Source of the DNA: Azolla caroliniana
Taxonomy: Eukaryota > Plantae > Polypodiophyta
Reading direction: 5' to 3'
Length of the DNA stretch: 64,000 nt
Assembly (NCBI GenBank): GCA_043228905.1
Contig: JBHGNT010000020.1
Span: forward strand, 8,494,001 to 8,558,000
Part shown: positions 61,453 through 64,000 of the stretch, piece by piece
Position numbering within the stretch: position 1 is the first letter of the stretch
How the letters are laid out: the number at the start of each line of letters is the position of its first letter
Made by a program: the position numbers and the translations under genes
Notes under the pieces: generated by a model
The model's database searches: none
Seen by the model: only the letters and a program-made list of their open reading frames with translations
Told to the model about the DNA's origin: nothing

Positions 61453-62579
61453 TGTTCGTTCCCAGTTTCTGCCACCATACCTCTAGTCGACAAGTGATCG
61501 ATCGGACTAACCAGCAGTTGACTAGGAGAGTCGACAATATCGTAGGAGATCCAGGTCGAAGACAAGGCCGACTAATCGGGCCGACTAGATAGCTGACATG
61601 GGAGTCACCTAGTCGGGCGGATCAGACAGTCGATGTGGGAGTCGATTAGTCGCTTGTTTAACTAGGATTATTATTATCTAATAATAATAACAACAACTAT
61701 ATTTGTAAATAGCCCATACTATGTATGCGTATAAATACACGTAGGGAAAACATAAAGTTGTGTAGAATAGAACATAACGAAGAGTGTTGTTGTACAAGGT
61801 GTAAGAGGAGTGAGAGAGACGTGGGAGGGTGAGCGGCGCCATAGCTATGTATCAGTAGACACCAAGAGCCCTGTGTGCTAATACACTATATACAGAGAGT
61901 GTTGTAATCTCTTTATCTTGTATATCCACTACATAATAATGAAGATCTATTCTCTCGTGGTTTTTTCCGGTTATGGTTTCCACGTAAAACACTGTGTATT
62001 GTGTATTTGTTGTTTTCTATTTCTACATGGTATATTTCAGTCAATCCTTTCAGAGATCTACGATCCTAGCCTTTCAAACTCGTATCAGAGTGAGGTTCAA
62101 GAATGGAAGGAGGAGTGAGTGGCTTCCCCAGTATGATGGTCTTGAACTCACACAACTATGTTGATTGGAAGATCAAGATGGAAGATCTTCTAATAGTCAA
62201 AGACTTGTACGAGCCCATCGACAGAAAAGAAATACCCACGAGGGTATTAGACTCTGAATTGGAGCTCCTAAACAGGAAGGCGGTGGCCACCATCGAACAA
62301 TGTGTAGATGTGAGTGTCCTTCAGCATGTGGCTAACGACACTAATGCCTACGAGATGTGGCAAAAGTTGTCAGGGCTGTACAAGAGGAATAAGGCCTTCA
62401 ACAAGACATCCTTGATGAGAAAAATAGTAAGGCTAAAGTACAGAGACAGTGAAAGCATTGTAGTACACATCAACACCTTCATGGGGCTTGTAAATCAACT
62501 TGCAGTACCCAAGTTTCCCCTTGATGATGCTATGCAAGCCCTTCTACTATTATATACCCTATTGGACAGTTGGGAGAAC
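61453..62579 (+). mobile_element. Tork-like copia 5' LTR, degenerate Met PBS and gag N-terminus (62103-62579)
   Basis: ORF 62103-62582 closely resembles the N-terminus of the 29262 polyprotein. CGTATCAGAG PBS remnant at ~62081. LTR start is approximate. Confidence 0.8.
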
Positions 62580-63450
62580 TGACGTTCAAATCATTGCCGG
62601 CCACAACCGGTTGTACGTGTGCGGAATAATAGTCAATCTAATGGAAGGAAAAAAAACAGAATACAGCAACTGAGAATGACATAGATTTTAACATGGAAAC
62701 CCGAACTAGGGAAAACCACGTGGAGTCCACAAACTCCTAAACAGAACACTATGAGAGAAAAGAATACAATCAGAGATCTCAGAGGCAACAACCTCAAGAT
62801 CCTGCTTTGCGAACAAGCGGCTATAGAGCTAACACGCTTCCACTCACACTCGTTCACTCTCACAGTCACGGAGACAACTTCGACAACAGTAACTTTACAA
62901 TAATACATGCATCTAACATGCTTTCCCTAAGTGCTTATATACTAATATAACCTTTCGACTATTTACAAGTTTAGCCTTCCGGATTGGCTATCTCCACGAT
63001 TTTCGGTTTCGGCCTCGACCTAGTTGTTCATCAACACTGTTCTTCTCAACTTCCCATCCGGAGGGACCTGTTTCCTAAAAAACTCCCCCTTCACTCCGGC
63101 ATGGGATGTCTTACTAGTCCGATCCGCTTCCGACATGCATCTAGCTTGTCGGGTATCAGTACTTTGGTCAGCATATCTAACCCGTTCTCGGCCGTGTGGA
63201 TCTTCGTCAGCGCGAACTCTCGAACTTCTACTCGCTCCCGGATCCAATGATACCTACGTTGGATGTGCTTCGTCCTGGAATGGTACGTTGCGTTCTTAGC
63301 AAGGTGGATGGCACTTTGACTGTCGCAATAGAGCCGATATTCATCTTGCCGGATATCGAGCTCTCCAATGAAGTCCTTCATCCATAATATTTCCTTGCCG
63401 GCTTCAACAGCCGCCATGTACTCCGCTTCCATGGTTGACAACGCAACCGT
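62580..63450 (-). mobile_element. Second Tork-like copia inserted antisense in that gag: 3' LTR 62580-63080, PPT, RNase H end 63091-63450
   Basis: ORF 63091-63492 matches the C-terminus of the 29262 polyprotein. GAAGGGGGAG PPT. LTR ends resemble those of the intact copia. Confidence 0.85.
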
Positions 63451-64000
63451 TGTGAAGAAACCCGTTGTTGTATAGTAAATAGGTAGGTACAAGTCGGTTG
63501 AGGTGAAATCCTAGGTAGCATGCATTCAATAGGGAGAGAATCAGATTTTATCTATGTCCGAAAGGACATAGAATTAATATGATGTAACAGATGATAACGG
63601 CCTCCCTCCTAGTGCTATAAAACAGAGGGAGAGGAAGAAGAAGGGGGGATCGCGCATTGGCAAGGAAGAAGTTCTGCTGCAGAACCGAGGGCCGAGCTCT
63701 CTCTCCCAGTCGTCGTTCTCCGCGGGCGTCGGGAGTTCGCGGCCTCTGCTTCGTGGACAGCCCGTGCACTTCCGGCAGAGGCTCTCCCCTTTTGTTTCCT
63801 TGAGTCGTGTGTGTTCCGTCGGTGTGCATGAGTGGGAACCCCGTGTCGGGTCCATCACCGCCTTGCCGGTTGTAAGCATCAGAGTTTGCAAGCTCTGAAT
63901 ATTGTAATCTACTGTTACTGTAATTAAGTGTGACGTTTGCTTCTCCTTCTCCCTGTTGTGTGTCTCACTCTCTCTCTCTCTCTCTCTCTCTCGCTCCTCG
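63451..64000 (+). repeat. LTR (runs off window end) inserted in copia RNase H; related to the LTR at 3262-3900
   Basis: Begins TGTGAAGAAA, the same terminus as the minus strand of 3900. TATA-like CTATAAAA. CT microsatellite. Confidence 0.6.

Overview
Eukaryotic, TE-saturated plant DNA. The mix of Tcn1-type chromoviruses, Tork-like copia, non-chromovirus Ty3/gypsy and L1/RTE-type LINEs suggests a non-seed land plant such as a fern, lycophyte or moss (inference). About 90% of the window is nested retroelements whose ends can be read from TG...CA termini, PBS/PPT sites and target-site duplications (TSDs). The only host-gene piece found is the last exon of a GDSL esterase/lipase (24990-25243). 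One copia (28615-33961) is intact and its LTRs look identical. Most unusual observations: (1) a gypsy element (51695-61074) has no polypurine tract, and a second, antisense tRNA-Arg-type PBS sits exactly where the PPT should be; (2) a two-LTR fold-back unit (23858-24761) with inverted LTRs is flanked by a 5-bp TSD; (3) a chromovirus has a self-priming PBS, a tRNA-like cassette in its LTR and a -1 frameshift pseudoknot; (4) a tRNA-Trp-primed LTR family has a 4-bp TSD and all three insertions are at CpG; (5) a conserved extra ORF follows pol in two gypsy elements; (6) there are several templated DNA-repair scars. All boundaries were read by eye and no database searches were run.
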